Shown: positions 37,797 through 49,530 of the stretch, piece by piece
Position numbering within the stretch: position 1 is the stretch's first letter
Layout: each line of letters opens with the position of its first letter
From: Haliotis rubra
Lineage: Eukaryota
Assembly (NCBI RefSeq): GCF_003918875.1
Contig: NW_025767181.1
Location: 186,001-250,000 of the forward strand
Direction: 5' to 3'
Length of the DNA: 64,000 nt
Position numbers and translations under genes: made by a program
Notes under the pieces: generated by a model
What the model saw: only the letters and a program-made list of their open reading frames with translations
What the model was told of the DNA's origin: nothing
Databases searched by the model: none

Positions 37797-39350
37797 TTCT
37801 CACACGCAAAAGAAACGCAAGTTTCTTACTCAAAGGAGGAATTAAACTCAGACCCCTAAAATTATAACAACGTTGGTAAATAATGATGGTTGATGGTGTT
37901 GTTAACATTTTCTGTTGCGTTTTGCAAAGCCAGTGTGGGAACAGAAGACAAAAAACGAATCATCAGAACGCACCGCTTCATGGGCATCATGCACACTTTC
38001 ATCATGCAATCAAACATGCACGAGGAACCAGGCTATCGGACGGTTGGAAGCTGGAGAGTCTGTCCAAGATGTTGCCCGTCACTTTAATGTCAATATAACC
38101 ACGATCTACCGTCTGCAGCATCGATACAACACAACGCAGACTACATATGACCTTCCCTGAAGAGGCCGACCTAGGGTCACCACCCCTCGACAAGATGACA
38201 CATTACACGTCAACACCAGCTAGATCCCTTCCTGACAGCAAGCCAAACTGCTCGAGACACCATTGGAACGCATAATCGACGCATCAGCCGTGACACGGTC
38301 ATCCGACGTCCGTGTTCCAACAACCTACGATGTCGCCGACCAGCACGTCGTCCTGTCCTCCAACCACGGCATCGACAAGCACGACTTCAGTGGGCACAGG
38401 GTCATCAAACCTGGCGTGAACGTGAATGGAGACGTTTCATATTCTCTGATGAGAGTCGGTTTTGTGTGTCACATGCAGATGAAAGGGTCAGAGTTTGGCG
38501 ACATCAAGGAGATCGTTTTGCTGACAGAAATGTTTTGGAAAGGGATGCATTGGGTGGACCTAGTGTCATGGTTTGGGCCGGAATTGGACTTAATGCGAGA
38601 CTTGGACCAATGTGCTTCCAGAATGTAGGTCAAGGTCGAGGACATGGGGTCACAGCTCAGCGTTACATTGACCTAGTCATCAGTCCCCATGTTGTTCCAT
38701 TTTCCGCCCAACATCGTAACCACCTTTTCCAGCAGGATAACGCTCGCCCACATGTTGCAGGAGTTACCATGGACTTTCTTCAACAACACAACATCCGTGT
38801 CCTACCGTGGCCAGCTCTCAGCCCTGACCTGAACCCCATCGAGCACTTGTGGGATGAGGCTCAAAGGCGCCTGAATGAAGTGCGACCAGTGCCTACAACT
38901 GCTGATGAACTTCGTACAGCTGTTCTGGATGTGTGCAGGAGGATCCCCAGGGCCTTTACGAATCGTCTGATCCACTCCATGTACAGGAGATGTGTTGCAG
39001 TGATCAATGCTAATGGTGGCCACACCAGGTATTGAATGACGTCATGGTAATTGACTAGAATCTGCGCAACTCTTTCGCTGTCACAAAATGTAATGACGTC
39101 ATCTGTTTTTGTTGCGAATGAACTGTTCTTGCTCAAATTTATGTATATCTGAAGCTGGGTACAATGTTGTGAAGCCCATTTCTGGTGTCCCCCGCCGTGA
39201 TGTTGCTGGAATATTGCTAAAAGTGGCGTAAAACCAAACTCAGTCAGTCAGTCAGTATATCTGACGCTGTTGGTATTTGTATTCTATACTGTTAAAAAAT
39301 AAGTACATATATACTTTATACTAGACTTGCGTTTCTTTTGCGTGTGAGTT
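37797..39350 (+). mobile_element. Full-length but inactivated Tc1 (DD34E) transposon
   Basis: TIRs CTCACACGCAAAAGAAACGCAAGT / ACTTGCGTTTCTTTTGCGTGTGAG with TA flanks; HTH plus GRPR; FSDESRF, QQDNARPH, WPALSPDLNPIEH with 34 residues between D and E; stop at 38158-38160. Confidence 0.93.
39158..39254 (+). mobile_element. 5'-truncated family A SINE nested in the Tc1
   Basis: 15-bp TSD GTATATCTGA(A/C)GCTG at 39143-39157 and 39255-39269; (TCAG)n tail. Confidence 0.9.
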
Positions 39351-41154
39351 TATATATAATCAATACTATTAGCAATAACAACGCCTCCTCATATAAGCAC
39401 TCACAACAATAGAAGAAAAACAGACTCAGGTCAATAACAAGCGTTGATGTTTGGGACATTCACATGTCCCTAAACGATGTCCTTAAAACGGAATCGCTGT
39501 CCTATCCTGTGTCCGCCTAAGTTAAAATGAGTGAAATAGCGTGCACTAGTTGCAATATTGATTACCACAAAATGATGGTCGTGGGAACACGGTTGATACA
39601 GATTGTCTACCAAAGTTATGATTAACACACAGAAACATGTACAACATTAAGATATTATCTTTCTCACACAACACTGCCTCCAATCTTTGGTTTCAATAAG
39701 GATACCGTTGCTGTGACTACTGTCCAAATTGTGATCCCTGGCAACACGCATACAACTCATATGTTATGTATATTGGTTAAGTTATGCATGTTTTCGTAGT
39801 CTATTCACTGATAGAGGAAACATAAAACATTTCCATAGCCATAAAAATAATCTCAGTTAAATTGTCCATTGTATGGCACGATATGAACATGTGTTTATGA
39901 ATCATTATCAAATACAACACTTATATTGATTATATTCGGAAATTGCTTGCTTTTTATCGTTACTACAAACAAAGCAAAACACAAAATCCATATTAATAAG
40001 AAATTCTTTGCTAAAAGCAGAGTCGATCGTATTGTTCCGGCAATATTACAAGCGTGTTTATGAAACGCTATCAAATGGCAGTGATACCAAGGTCCGCGAA
40101 GCTGGATTATTGGCGTCCCAATGTCAAAGGCTGTCCTTCTCAGCTGTATACGTTCTGATGTGTCATGTGTAAGTTGTTCGGTACGGTGGGAACTATGTAT
40201 GCCCGTGTAAGATTACTTGAAAACGTGACATAGTGCTCTTTCACAATGATTTATCGTGACGAGAATAGTACCATTGCAGCCTACACATTAGGCCTGCTCT
40301 TCCGTATATAGCACGTGTATCTAGACAGAAAGTACAGGGATAATTTTAGAAAGCATTAAACAAGAAATCAGACAGAGACCAGGCCTCATTAACATGAACG
40401 TTGTATCATCATCGAAATCAGCCCACAATATGTATTTTCAATTTTTGTTTCCTTTTTTTTCCTCATTATTACGCACTTTAAAACTTACAATTACATATAA
40501 GTATGAAAATGTACAGAGGAGCTATTGTGTCCGCATGTCGGCATCCTCGTCCTATTGGGAAGGATTCTGAGGCTGGTCCATTGACTTACAACCTTGGCTC
40601 TGTCATTATTAACCCAATGAGCAATCTGTGTTTGCGAGTTACTGGTTCTTAACACTTCGGTGTGAAGTGAATGAACAACACATGCTTGTTTTGTTATTGG
40701 TTGTCTTGATGTAGAGGAGACAGCACAGTGGTATACCCAAACTTCATATTAGACACTGTCGTTGGTGAATCCCATGACTAAGAACATATTAATGATTACA
40801 TGATTAAGTCAGTGTTCATTGTCAGAAACCCCTTTCTTTTTGCAAATAAATACTAGCTTGATTCTGGGGTTTCGTAGAAAAATCAGCAAATTTCATTATC
40901 GTAATGCCGTTTTATGAGGTGTGTTTTTAATGTCATTTTAATGCGAAACTCGGACTCCCGTGTCCTAATACTGTATTGACTCGGATTCAAATAGTCTTTT
41001 CTTTACCAGACATCTTTAATTATGCACGTTTGTGTTACAAACGAATCTGTTTTGATTAATGACAATATAATATACCCAATGCACATGCACATGGGGAATA
41101 AATGGCTTATCTTGCGTTTGGTCGGTCATCTTTACAATGTGTTCTATACTGAAA

Positions 41155-41305
41155 GGCGGGCGGTGGGGTAGCCTAGTGGTTAAAGCGTTCGCTCAGCCCA
41201 CCGATGACTCTGGTTCGATTGCCCACATGGGTACAATGTGTGAAAAACATGTCTGGTGTCTCCCGCAATGGCATTGCTGGAATATTGTTGCATTCGTCGT
41301 AAAAC
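41155..41305 (+). mobile_element. Diverged family A SINE
   Basis: GGCGGTGGGGTAGCCTAGTGGTTAAAGCGTTCGCTC head and GCTGGAATATTG tail. Confidence 0.85.
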
Positions 41306-42092
41306 CAGGAGTCCTTTTTCGTTTGCATTATATGTAAACTATATAAACTATATATAAACTATATAAACTATATATAAACTCCAAATGTAATGCTACCATC
41401 ACACGTGTTTAATCTCTTAAACCGATATGAGTACCTACATACAATACCCGAAGCTAGTGAAACAATTCCACACCCCAGACATACTCTTACAAACAACATA
41501 TCTGCCTACTGCGACACCCGCTGACGTCTAAACAGCTGTTGCAGTCTGCGCATGAATCGCATCCGACGAGAGTGGGTAGGTGCACGACATGTACAAAGGT
41601 CAGTTAGCGAAGCCTCAGTCAACACTGGCAACACTGACTTTCCATTTTTGCTGTATTTTATTCGCCCACACCATGTATGTATCTCCCACCGTGCATCCAC
41701 CAATATCGTGACAGTACACGCATTCAAGCATCAGCCCATATCGTGACAGTATACGCATTCAAGCATTCGTCAATAATCTCCAAGCCCTCGACTGTTCAGT
41801 GTATTACATACAGTTAACGTATAACCTCATTACAACCTAAATGAAACTTGTCACTTATTTCCCAGAGGACGGCTCACCCACATGTGATCTGATTGAAAAG
41901 GCTATTTTAGCAATGTCTATCAGTCACGGTCTAAGGAAGCCACTGAAGCGAGGTCTTCCAGGGATTTCACCATAACGGAATGGGGGCATTATACCTGGTC
42001 AATCCAGGAGGTTCACCAACCGGAACGAGGGGATGCGTCCAGACACCCGAGGTTTCGAAACAAAGGAATGAATATCAAATAGTGATATCTCA

Positions 42093-45000
42093 GGCTAGGC
42101 TCGATTATTTCTTAGTTTCTCACAACATGATTCCCTCCATAACAGATACGTCAATAGAGGCTACATTTAAATCGGATCACTCTCCTATATCAATTACCTT
42201 TACTCTAAATGAAATAGACCGCGGAAAAGGATTTTGGAAATTTAATAACTCCCTTTTGAGAGATAAAAAATATGTCACAATGGTTAAACGTATAATCTCA
42301 GAAACGTGCTCACAATATGAAAACAAAGATACGAATGAAAATGAATTTACTATTGACGATCAGTTGTTCTTTGAAACATTATTGCTATTGATACGAGGAG
42401 AAACAATTAAATACTCATCACATAAGAAAAGAGAAAGACAGAAAGAGGAAAATAGTGTGACGAAACAGTTAGAAGACATTACAGGTAAAATGGACCAAAC
42501 AAGCGATCATGAAATTAAAACTGAACTAATGAAAGAACTTGATACTTTAAGTCATAAGTTGGAAGAAATAAATACGATAAAAACGTCTGGTATTATGATA
42601 AGATCTAAAGCGATATGGTCTGAACAGGGGGAAAAACCTTCTAAATATATTCTTGGATTGGAATCACGAAACTTCCTCAATAAGTCAATTACTCGTTTAG
42701 AAAATGATAAAGGAGATGTTTTATCCAGCCGACATGAAATAGAAGATGAAGTAAAAAACTTCTACTCCAAATTATATAGAAAACAGGATATTAGCGATGT
42801 TAATCTCGACAATCTACTCAGACACTTTGATATCCCCAAATTAAGTGTAACTACATCATCAGCACTAGAAGGTGAATTGGAGTATGAAGAAGTACTTTCG
42901 GCTTTAAAATGTTTGAAAAATGATAAAAGTCCAGGACCAGATGGTTTTACCGCAGAGTTCTTGAAATTCTTTTGGATTGATTTAGGCAAATATTTAATCA
43001 AATCGTTGAACTTATCTTATAAAAAGGGGAGAACTTTCTATATCTCTTAAAAGGGGACTCATCACATGTATCCCAAAAAGCAATAAATCAAAAAATATAT
43101 TTAAAGAATTGGAGACCAATTTCTTCGTTATCAATCTTCTATAAAGTTGCGTCTCTCACAGTTTCCAGACGGATAAAAACAGTTCTTAATATACTGATCA
43201 ATGAAGACCAGAAAGGTTTTATGTCTGGTAGGTATATTGGGGAAATTACTAGAATGATATATGACCTTATGGAATATACAGAAACGCATCAAATACCTGG
43301 TCTACTTTTACTTATAGATTTCGAAAAAGCATTTGACACTGTGGATTGGGCATTTATAGATAAAACGTTGTCATTTTTCAATTTTGGAACTTCTATTAGA
43401 AAATGGTTTAAAACTTTGTATGGAGGAATCGAATCAAATGTTTTAGTCAATGGATATGGTTCCGCTATGTTTAATATATCTAGAGGATGTCGCCAAGGCG
43501 ACCCTCTCTCGCCATATATATTTATTCTATGTGCGGAAATACTTGCCATATTGATAAGAAATAATAAAAATATAAAAGGTATAAATATTGGTAATATAGA
43601 ATATTTACTTCATCAGTTTGCTGATGACACAACCTGTACCTTAGATGGTTCTGAACATAGCCTTTTTTGCAGTTTTAAATGTATTGGATATCTTTGCAAG
43701 ATTCTCAGGACTAAAAATTAATATCGAAAAAACAAGGCTTATATGGATAGGATCAAAAAAAGCGCTCGAGAATGAAACTTTGTCCTCAAAAGAATCTAAA
43801 CTGGGATCAAACGTCCTTTAACCTACTTGGTATAACATTTACGCTAGATACTGACGATATAGTCGAAGAGAATTACAAAGAAAAACTTAGAGCATGTGAA
43901 ACACTAATGTATATCTGGTCTGCCCGTAACCTTACTCCGCTCGGTAGAAATGTAGTTCTAAAATCACTAATCATTCCAAAACTAAATCACCTCTTTGGCT
44001 CTATTCCTAATCCAAGAGATGAAGTTATAAACGCATTTCAACGAAAATGTTACAGATTTATTTGGAACAGTTAACCTGATAAGATAAAAAGAAAACAGAT
44101 AATTAGTGATAAAAAAGATGGAGGATTTAATATGCCCAACATAAAAGGTATTATACAATCGCAAAAATTGTCCATGCTAAGACGCTTTCTTTCACACTCT
44201 GCTAAATGGTGTAATCTTTTTATTTTGAATCTCCCAAAGATAGGTTATGTTAATATATTTGAGTATAGTTGTCAACATTTGAGAGATAAAATACTTCCTT
44301 TTATAAGAAATAATTACTACAAAGATGTCGTTTCAGCGTGGTGGGACTTTACATCTCAACTTGAATTAAACTCTGAAAAAGATAGTGATAATGAAATCCT
44401 TACTGAAAGTATATGGTATAATAAAAATATTATGGTAGAATGTAAAACGGTTTACTACAAAGAATGGTATGAACACGGGGTTCGCTCGATTAATGACTTG
44501 ATTGATAATAATGGTAATTTCTTTCAATTTGAAACGTTTTTAAAACAATTTGACATAAAAACAAATTTTTCTGAAATATCATGGTCTTATTTGCTCCGTT
44601 AAACAATATCTTAAAAGGATCAATACAGATTTAAAAACAATACAACGCAAACCAAACCCTGTTCTACCCCGATATATGCAACATCTCTGTAAGAATGTAA
44701 AAGGGACACAATACTTGTACAAAACTCTAATTTCAGGTCTAGGTTTAAAAAAACCAACATGCATCGAAATGGGAACTTAACATTTTATACGACGACATTA
44801 TATCTAATGATTGGCCACTTTACAATACTATTCCCTTTAGATGTACGAAAGATACTAGATTACAATGGTTCCAATACAGACTTTTACACCATATCTTGCC
44901 AACAAACATTTTTTTAGAAAAGATAGGATATAAAGACACTAGTAATTGTAGTTTTTTGCTCCGAAGATATTGAAACAACTATCCACTTATTCTGGTCTTG

Positions 45001-45410
45001 CAGCAAGGTAAACCATATATGGAAAAAACTTGAGAACTGGCTACAGGCTAAAGCACAAATAAAACTCAAAATTGAAAAGAAACATGTAATGCTTGGTTAC
45101 CCAAATAAAAACAATGATCCAATAAATATCATCTTAATTCTCTTCAAGGAACTAATTTTTCGAAACAAGTTTAACAACATTATGCCATCTTTTCAAGTTT
45201 TTCAACATAAACTGTTTGAATACTATATGTTAACAAAGTGTTCGTCAATAATTAGTTGTAATATCAATGCTTTCTACACGTTCTGGTCGTCATGCCATGA
45301 TTTATTCTGCTAAACTATTTGATTTTTCATCATGTATACTGGAATATCACTGTTATTTGTTTGTACAAAATATTGAAAAGTGCAACAAAATAAAAAACTA
45401 TTAAAAAAAG
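42093..45410 (+). mobile_element. 5'-truncated L1/Tx1-clade LINE, frameshifted ORF2
   Basis: Endonuclease end RLDYF...SDH, GKGFWKFNNSLL, KSPGPDGF, IDFEKAFD, RQGDPLSP, QFADD, C-terminal CxxC...H...C; AATAAA and A-rich tail; 15-bp TSD AATAGTGATATCTCA (42078-42092, 45411-45425); empty site at ~34668-34682. Confidence 0.95.
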
Positions 45411-46011
45411 AATAGTGATATCTCAAGCGATCATTGGCTTAAACTCGAAGTTGATTTGTAATATAACTGATACTTCAACACTTCGAAGTGTCAAAACAGG
45501 CACATGGAACGTTACAGAAAACATAAAACATTAGTAAAGAGGAACCTACGCTCCCACAGAATACAAGCCTATCAACTTGTCAGGAGATGCATGCTAACTT
45601 TAGTGAAAAGGAACCAGCAAATATATACAGAAAATATACCTTAGCTTCAGCAAACTGACATGCATGTTGTACACAAGGGTCAAGACAGACGCTGTTGTAA
45701 AAGTGCAGACTGTCGTTGTAGAAAACAACCTTAGAGCTGCGACTGTCGTACAACAGCGCCCTGGGCACATAACAGTAACTGCAGGGAGGTTATACAAAGA
45801 GACTTCAGTGACACAAACTGGTAAACACAGGTAAACAATACATTATTTCACAGGCACTGTGCCTTAGGAACACCCAAAGTAACGAACATCATGGACATTA
45901 AGTTTGGATTAAATCGCTTGTCGGATATACAGCCGAAAGGTTGATGACAGACATGGTGCTTATCTTACCACGGGTTTGCTTCCCAGCGTCGATAACCTAT
46001 ACACCATGGGT

Positions 46012-47430
46012 TCATGCACATACACTAGATGTTCCAGTAACGTGTGCTTGAGACTGAGTCCGAAACGAGTTTTGCACATACTTCTGTCGTCTGCAGATCG
46101 TGGCCATGAACGGAAGTCGTCTGAAGAAGGTTCGTCGGTAGGCCTTACTCAGTGCAATGTAGAACACGAAGTCGGTGGAAAGGCTGAACATGATAAGTAA
46201 ACCGTTGACGTCTTTCATCAGCATGTTGACATAATGTTCCTTCCTATATATATTATAGTCAGTCACAAATGTCTGGACCACCGAGTCTGTTGCCAGAGGA
46301 ATTGCCAGCACTGTGAAGAGGAACGTCGACGTCAGGATGGTGATTGTCGTCTGCCTCTCTCGCTTTGCCGTCTTCTCTGCGTCCACAGTCGTGTTCATCT
46401 TCGCTCTGTTCTTGCTGTGCATCCTGAGAGCCAGGAGGACGCACAGGTTCATGATGAGGCCGCACACGAGGACGATGTAGGTGAACAGTACTTTGTTGGC
46501 CATTCCAAGACCAATAAGGAGGTCCCTGTTATTTATGTACATCGCCGACGGAGTTATGGTATAGTCTGTCGAGTTTAGTTTGGGAACGATATCGTATTTA
46601 AATGCTCCCGGTAAATGACAAGAAAAGCATATAATCGTCACCGATATTATAAAGATAATTGGTGATTTGATTAGACGAAAGTTTCTAGACTTCAAAGGGA
46701 AGCCAACAGCAAGGAAGCGTTCTGTGGACACCAGAACAGTCAAACAGTACATCAGGACTCGGAGAGTCGCCAAAAAGAAATTTGATCCAAACAAAGCAAA
46801 ATACAGATAGGCTTGTTTCTTGACAGCGTCCGTTCCGTATATTTGTCTAAGAATGTGCCTCGAAAAAGATACTAAGGCAAAGAGGAGTTCGTCAGTGGCG
46901 AGAGCTATCAGGTAGGTGCTTGTGGGACTCCTCATGGCGGGGTCCGTGTACACCATCAGATTGAATGTGTTGAAGAGAATTGCACTGGTCAGCAGTGGGT
47001 AATAGATATATCTGCATATCTTCTCCCCTTTTACGTAATTGGCCTTGCTGAGAGAGCCCATGGATATGAGGGAAACCCTTTTAGTATTTGTTGTCTTGCA
47101 AATAGTAATGTTACCGTCTTCTTCGTTGCACTTAACAACGATGGCGCCGGTGTCGTTGCGTGGGTCGTCTGAAGTATCGTCAAAACATCCATCAGAGGCA
47201 TTGTTCCCACTTCCACCAGTGGTACATTTCGCTGGAGTAGAACCCACACTGGCATTGTTCAGTCTGTCGCCGCTCCTCAAATCTTGCTTTGCAGAACGTC
47301 CTCCGAAACGTGATTCTGTTGTTCCATGCTGAGATATGGTTGTCTGTACGTGAACCTCCGTAGTCTGACCCACCACAGCCCCCAACAACATCATCAAGGC
47401 GACGACGACGACAACACAACATTCGGCCAT
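46012..47430 (-). CDS. Class A GPCR, array copy 5 (type B ectodomain)
   Basis: Intact ORF; start placed at MAECC (47430) to match MVECG of copy 4. The ORF-track GTG start at 47538 lies upstream of an acceptor-like TTTGTCCACAG. Confidence 0.9.
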   Translation of the reverse strand: MAECCVVVVVALMMLLGAVVGQTTEVHVQTTISQHGTTESRFGGRSAKQDLRSGDRLNNASVGSTPAKCTTGGSGNNASDGCFDDTSDDPRNDTGAIVVKCNEEDGNITICKTTNTKRVSLISMGSLSKANYVKGEKICRYIYYPLLTSAILFNTFNLMVYTDPAMRSPTSTYLIALATDELLFALVSFSRHILRQIYGTDAVKKQAYLYFALFGSNFFLATLRVLMYCLTVLVSTERFLAVGFPLKSRNFRLIKSPIIFIISVTIICFSCHLPGAFKYDIVPKLNSTDYTITPSAMYINNRDLLIGLGMANKVLFTYIVLVCGLIMNLCVLLALRMHSKNRAKMNTTVDAEKTAKRERQTTITILTSTFLFTVLAIPLATDSVVQTFVTDYNIYRKEHYVNMLMKDVNGLLIMFSLSTDFVFYIALSKAYRRTFFRRLPFMATICRRQKYVQNSFRTQSQAHVTGTSSVCA

Positions 47431-47909
47431 GATGACTCTGAGAAAGTGACTCGGTGATCGCAATGAGTGTCTGTTTAACACTCCTCTGAGATTCATTATG
47501 GATGTAAAGGCAACAATCAATCTGTGGACAAACCCCACCTAATGATAATTGATAGGTGTGTGTAAAGAGTGTTAGATTGTTGGATAATCGTAATATTCAA
47601 TCGATGCCTTTCGTGGCATGCTGCTGAGAGGAAGTCAACGTGGTGGCATTAGCAACAATCTATAACAGCTTGAGCCGATACAAGTTTCATGTTCTTAGCA
47701 CATTTCTAATAATGATAATACAGTGTTGAGGCAGGTTTGATTTAGTAAGTTCTACTTAGAGTTCAAAAAACAATTTCTTGTGACGGCTTCTTCCGTCGAC
47801 TTCAAACAACATGTTCAAGTGACGAGTTCTAAGAATTAGGACTGGAGATGTGACTTCGTGGCAGGTTCCAATAAAATTTTGAACAAGTTATAATTATTGA
47901 AACGGCGTG

Positions 47910-48068
47910 TCCTGACGAGATCTAAAAACGTATAGAGACGACTTCTACCGACGAGATCTAACAACATATAGAGACGGCCTATACTGACGAGATCTAACAA
48001 CATATACAGACGGCCTATACTGACGAGATCTAACAAGGTGTAGGACGACCTCTACTGACGAGTAACAA
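47910..48068. repeat. 36-bp VNTR, short paralogous allele
   Basis: Same unit as 37080-37598, about 4 copies. Confidence 0.9.
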
Positions 48069-48265
48069 AGTACAGTTCACAAGATGTTTTAGTTTTGGTT
48101 TACTTGGTATTTAGGTTTGAGGATTTGAAACACTCGTCGAGTTACAAAGTGTAAAAGCACCCGTAACCGCACCCGAACCCCCACCCGAACCCCCACCCTC
48201 TGTGCTGAGATCATAATGAAGTATATCTGTCCTGAAAACAAAGGTAAAACGTTAAAAGTGATATA

Positions 48266-48388
48266 TACTCACACGCAAAAGAAACGCAAGTTTCTTACTC
48301 AAAGGAGGAATTAAACTCAGACCCCTAAAATTATAACAACGTTGGTAAATAATGATGGTTGATGGTGTTGGTAACACTTTCTGTTGCG
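48266..48388 (+). mobile_element. Truncated left end of the same Tc1 as 37797
   Basis: TA|TACTCACACGCAAAAGAAACGCAAGT with identical upstream flank; similarity stops after ~120 bp. Confidence 0.9.
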
Positions 48389-48966
48389 CAAAACAGGCTG
48401 ACATTTATACAGATACAAGCATATTGGATTTGAGGTGGGTGTTTTGTGGGGGTGGAGGGAGGGGGAGAGGGTACCTTGGTCCAGGAAGTATCAGATACCC
48501 CACATCTCAGACTCTCTATCACGGCAAAATGCCCCTTTTCAGTGCTAAAGAAAGTCATGGAAGGTTCGTTGAGGCTCTAGGATATATTCTGTAAAATTCG
48601 GTTAAGGAACGTCCGTTACTTCCCCTTACTACAGACAATCTGCCATGACCCATTGACAACAGTAATATGAAAGAAGCGGGTGAACGTCGGTATAAGTATG
48701 TTACTATTTGTGACCATGGCAGTAGAAGTTACTGTGCGATTGAACTATGCAGTTGTGACTTTAATCATACTAGTCCCTTTAATCATACTAGTCCCTTTAA
48801 CGTTTAACTCATCACGGCCTTACAAGGTGTATGTCGTAACGCTGACCTTCGTCCAGGTGCCCTGGACATACCAGACCGTACTCAATACACTGTACATGTA
48901 CACAGATTTGTAATGTTTGGATCTCTATGTTCAATGCGGCAAAACTCTGATTTTCTGGAGAATCTA

Positions 48967-49311
48967 CTATTGTAAATGACTGGGTTCTGTCTCACCCGTG
49001 ATTTCGCGCAGCTCATTACACAGCTTCTTCTTCTTCTCCACGGCAGACTTGTGAGACTGTAGCGTGTTGTTCAGCTGTTCCACCCGGCGCGTGGTCGTCA
49101 TGATCTTGTCCACCATGTCGGCGGCTTGCTGCTCGGACGTGGACAGCTTGTCCCAGCACACCTGCAGCTTGTCCTGACTCTGCCGGAATATCTGGGTGGT
49201 CTCCGTCATGGCCTGAGCTATCAGCTTCACGTTCTGCAGGACCGCCGGGGTCGGGGACGCCACTCTACCAAACGCCTGCACGCCTACAGAAACCCCTGCT
49301 TGCAACGCCAT
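48967..49311 (-). CDS. Hypothetical 114-aa coiled-coil protein
   Basis: GC3-rich ORF in an AT-rich background, GTCATGG start context, heptad-like Q/E/K-rich helix, motif-rich region just upstream. Confidence 0.6.
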   Translation of the reverse strand: MALQAGVSVGVQAFGRVASPTPAVLQNVKLIAQAMTETTQIFRQSQDKLQVCWDKLSTSEQQAADMVDKIMTTTRRVEQLNNTLQSHKSAVEKKKKLCNELREITGETEPSHLQ

Positions 49312-49409
49312 GACGATAGAAGCAAAGGGGAGACAGTCGGAGGAATGGGGACAGACGATTCGCCTTCAGATGTCAGACTACATCCACATCTGGACGTTGT
49401 CTGCAATTA

Positions 49410-49530
49410 GGCCTATGACGTTGTTAGGGTGTGACGTCACAAACACGATCACGTGACGTTGTCTATAACGCGTAGTCCACAGGTTTCCCAGTGCGCCATG
49501 ACGTCGTAATTAGCTGCTGTGACATAGGTC
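49410..49530. promoter_or_regulatory. CRE/E-box cluster upstream of the 114-aa ORF
   Basis: GTGACGTCAC, ATCACGTGAC and additional TGACGT half-sites within ~100 bp. Confidence 0.45.

Larger units (their letters stand above)
34235..37920. repeat. Segmental duplication unit carrying GPCR copy 4 (paralogue 41605-48388)
   Basis: Similarity starts at TAGCGAAGCCTCAGTC (34235/41605) and ends inside the Tc1 left end at TTCTGTTGCG. Confidence 0.9.

Noticed and set aside
41980-43050. 356-aa ORF as a host-LINE fusion gene
   Set aside because: The first ~38 codons are flank that happens to be in frame with the truncated LINE; the LINE is frameshifted downstream and there is no sign of function.
47431-47538. 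N-terminal extension giving 508 aa for copy 5
   Set aside because: GTG start lies upstream of an acceptor-like site, the frame is broken in copy 4, and the extension would bury the signal peptide.
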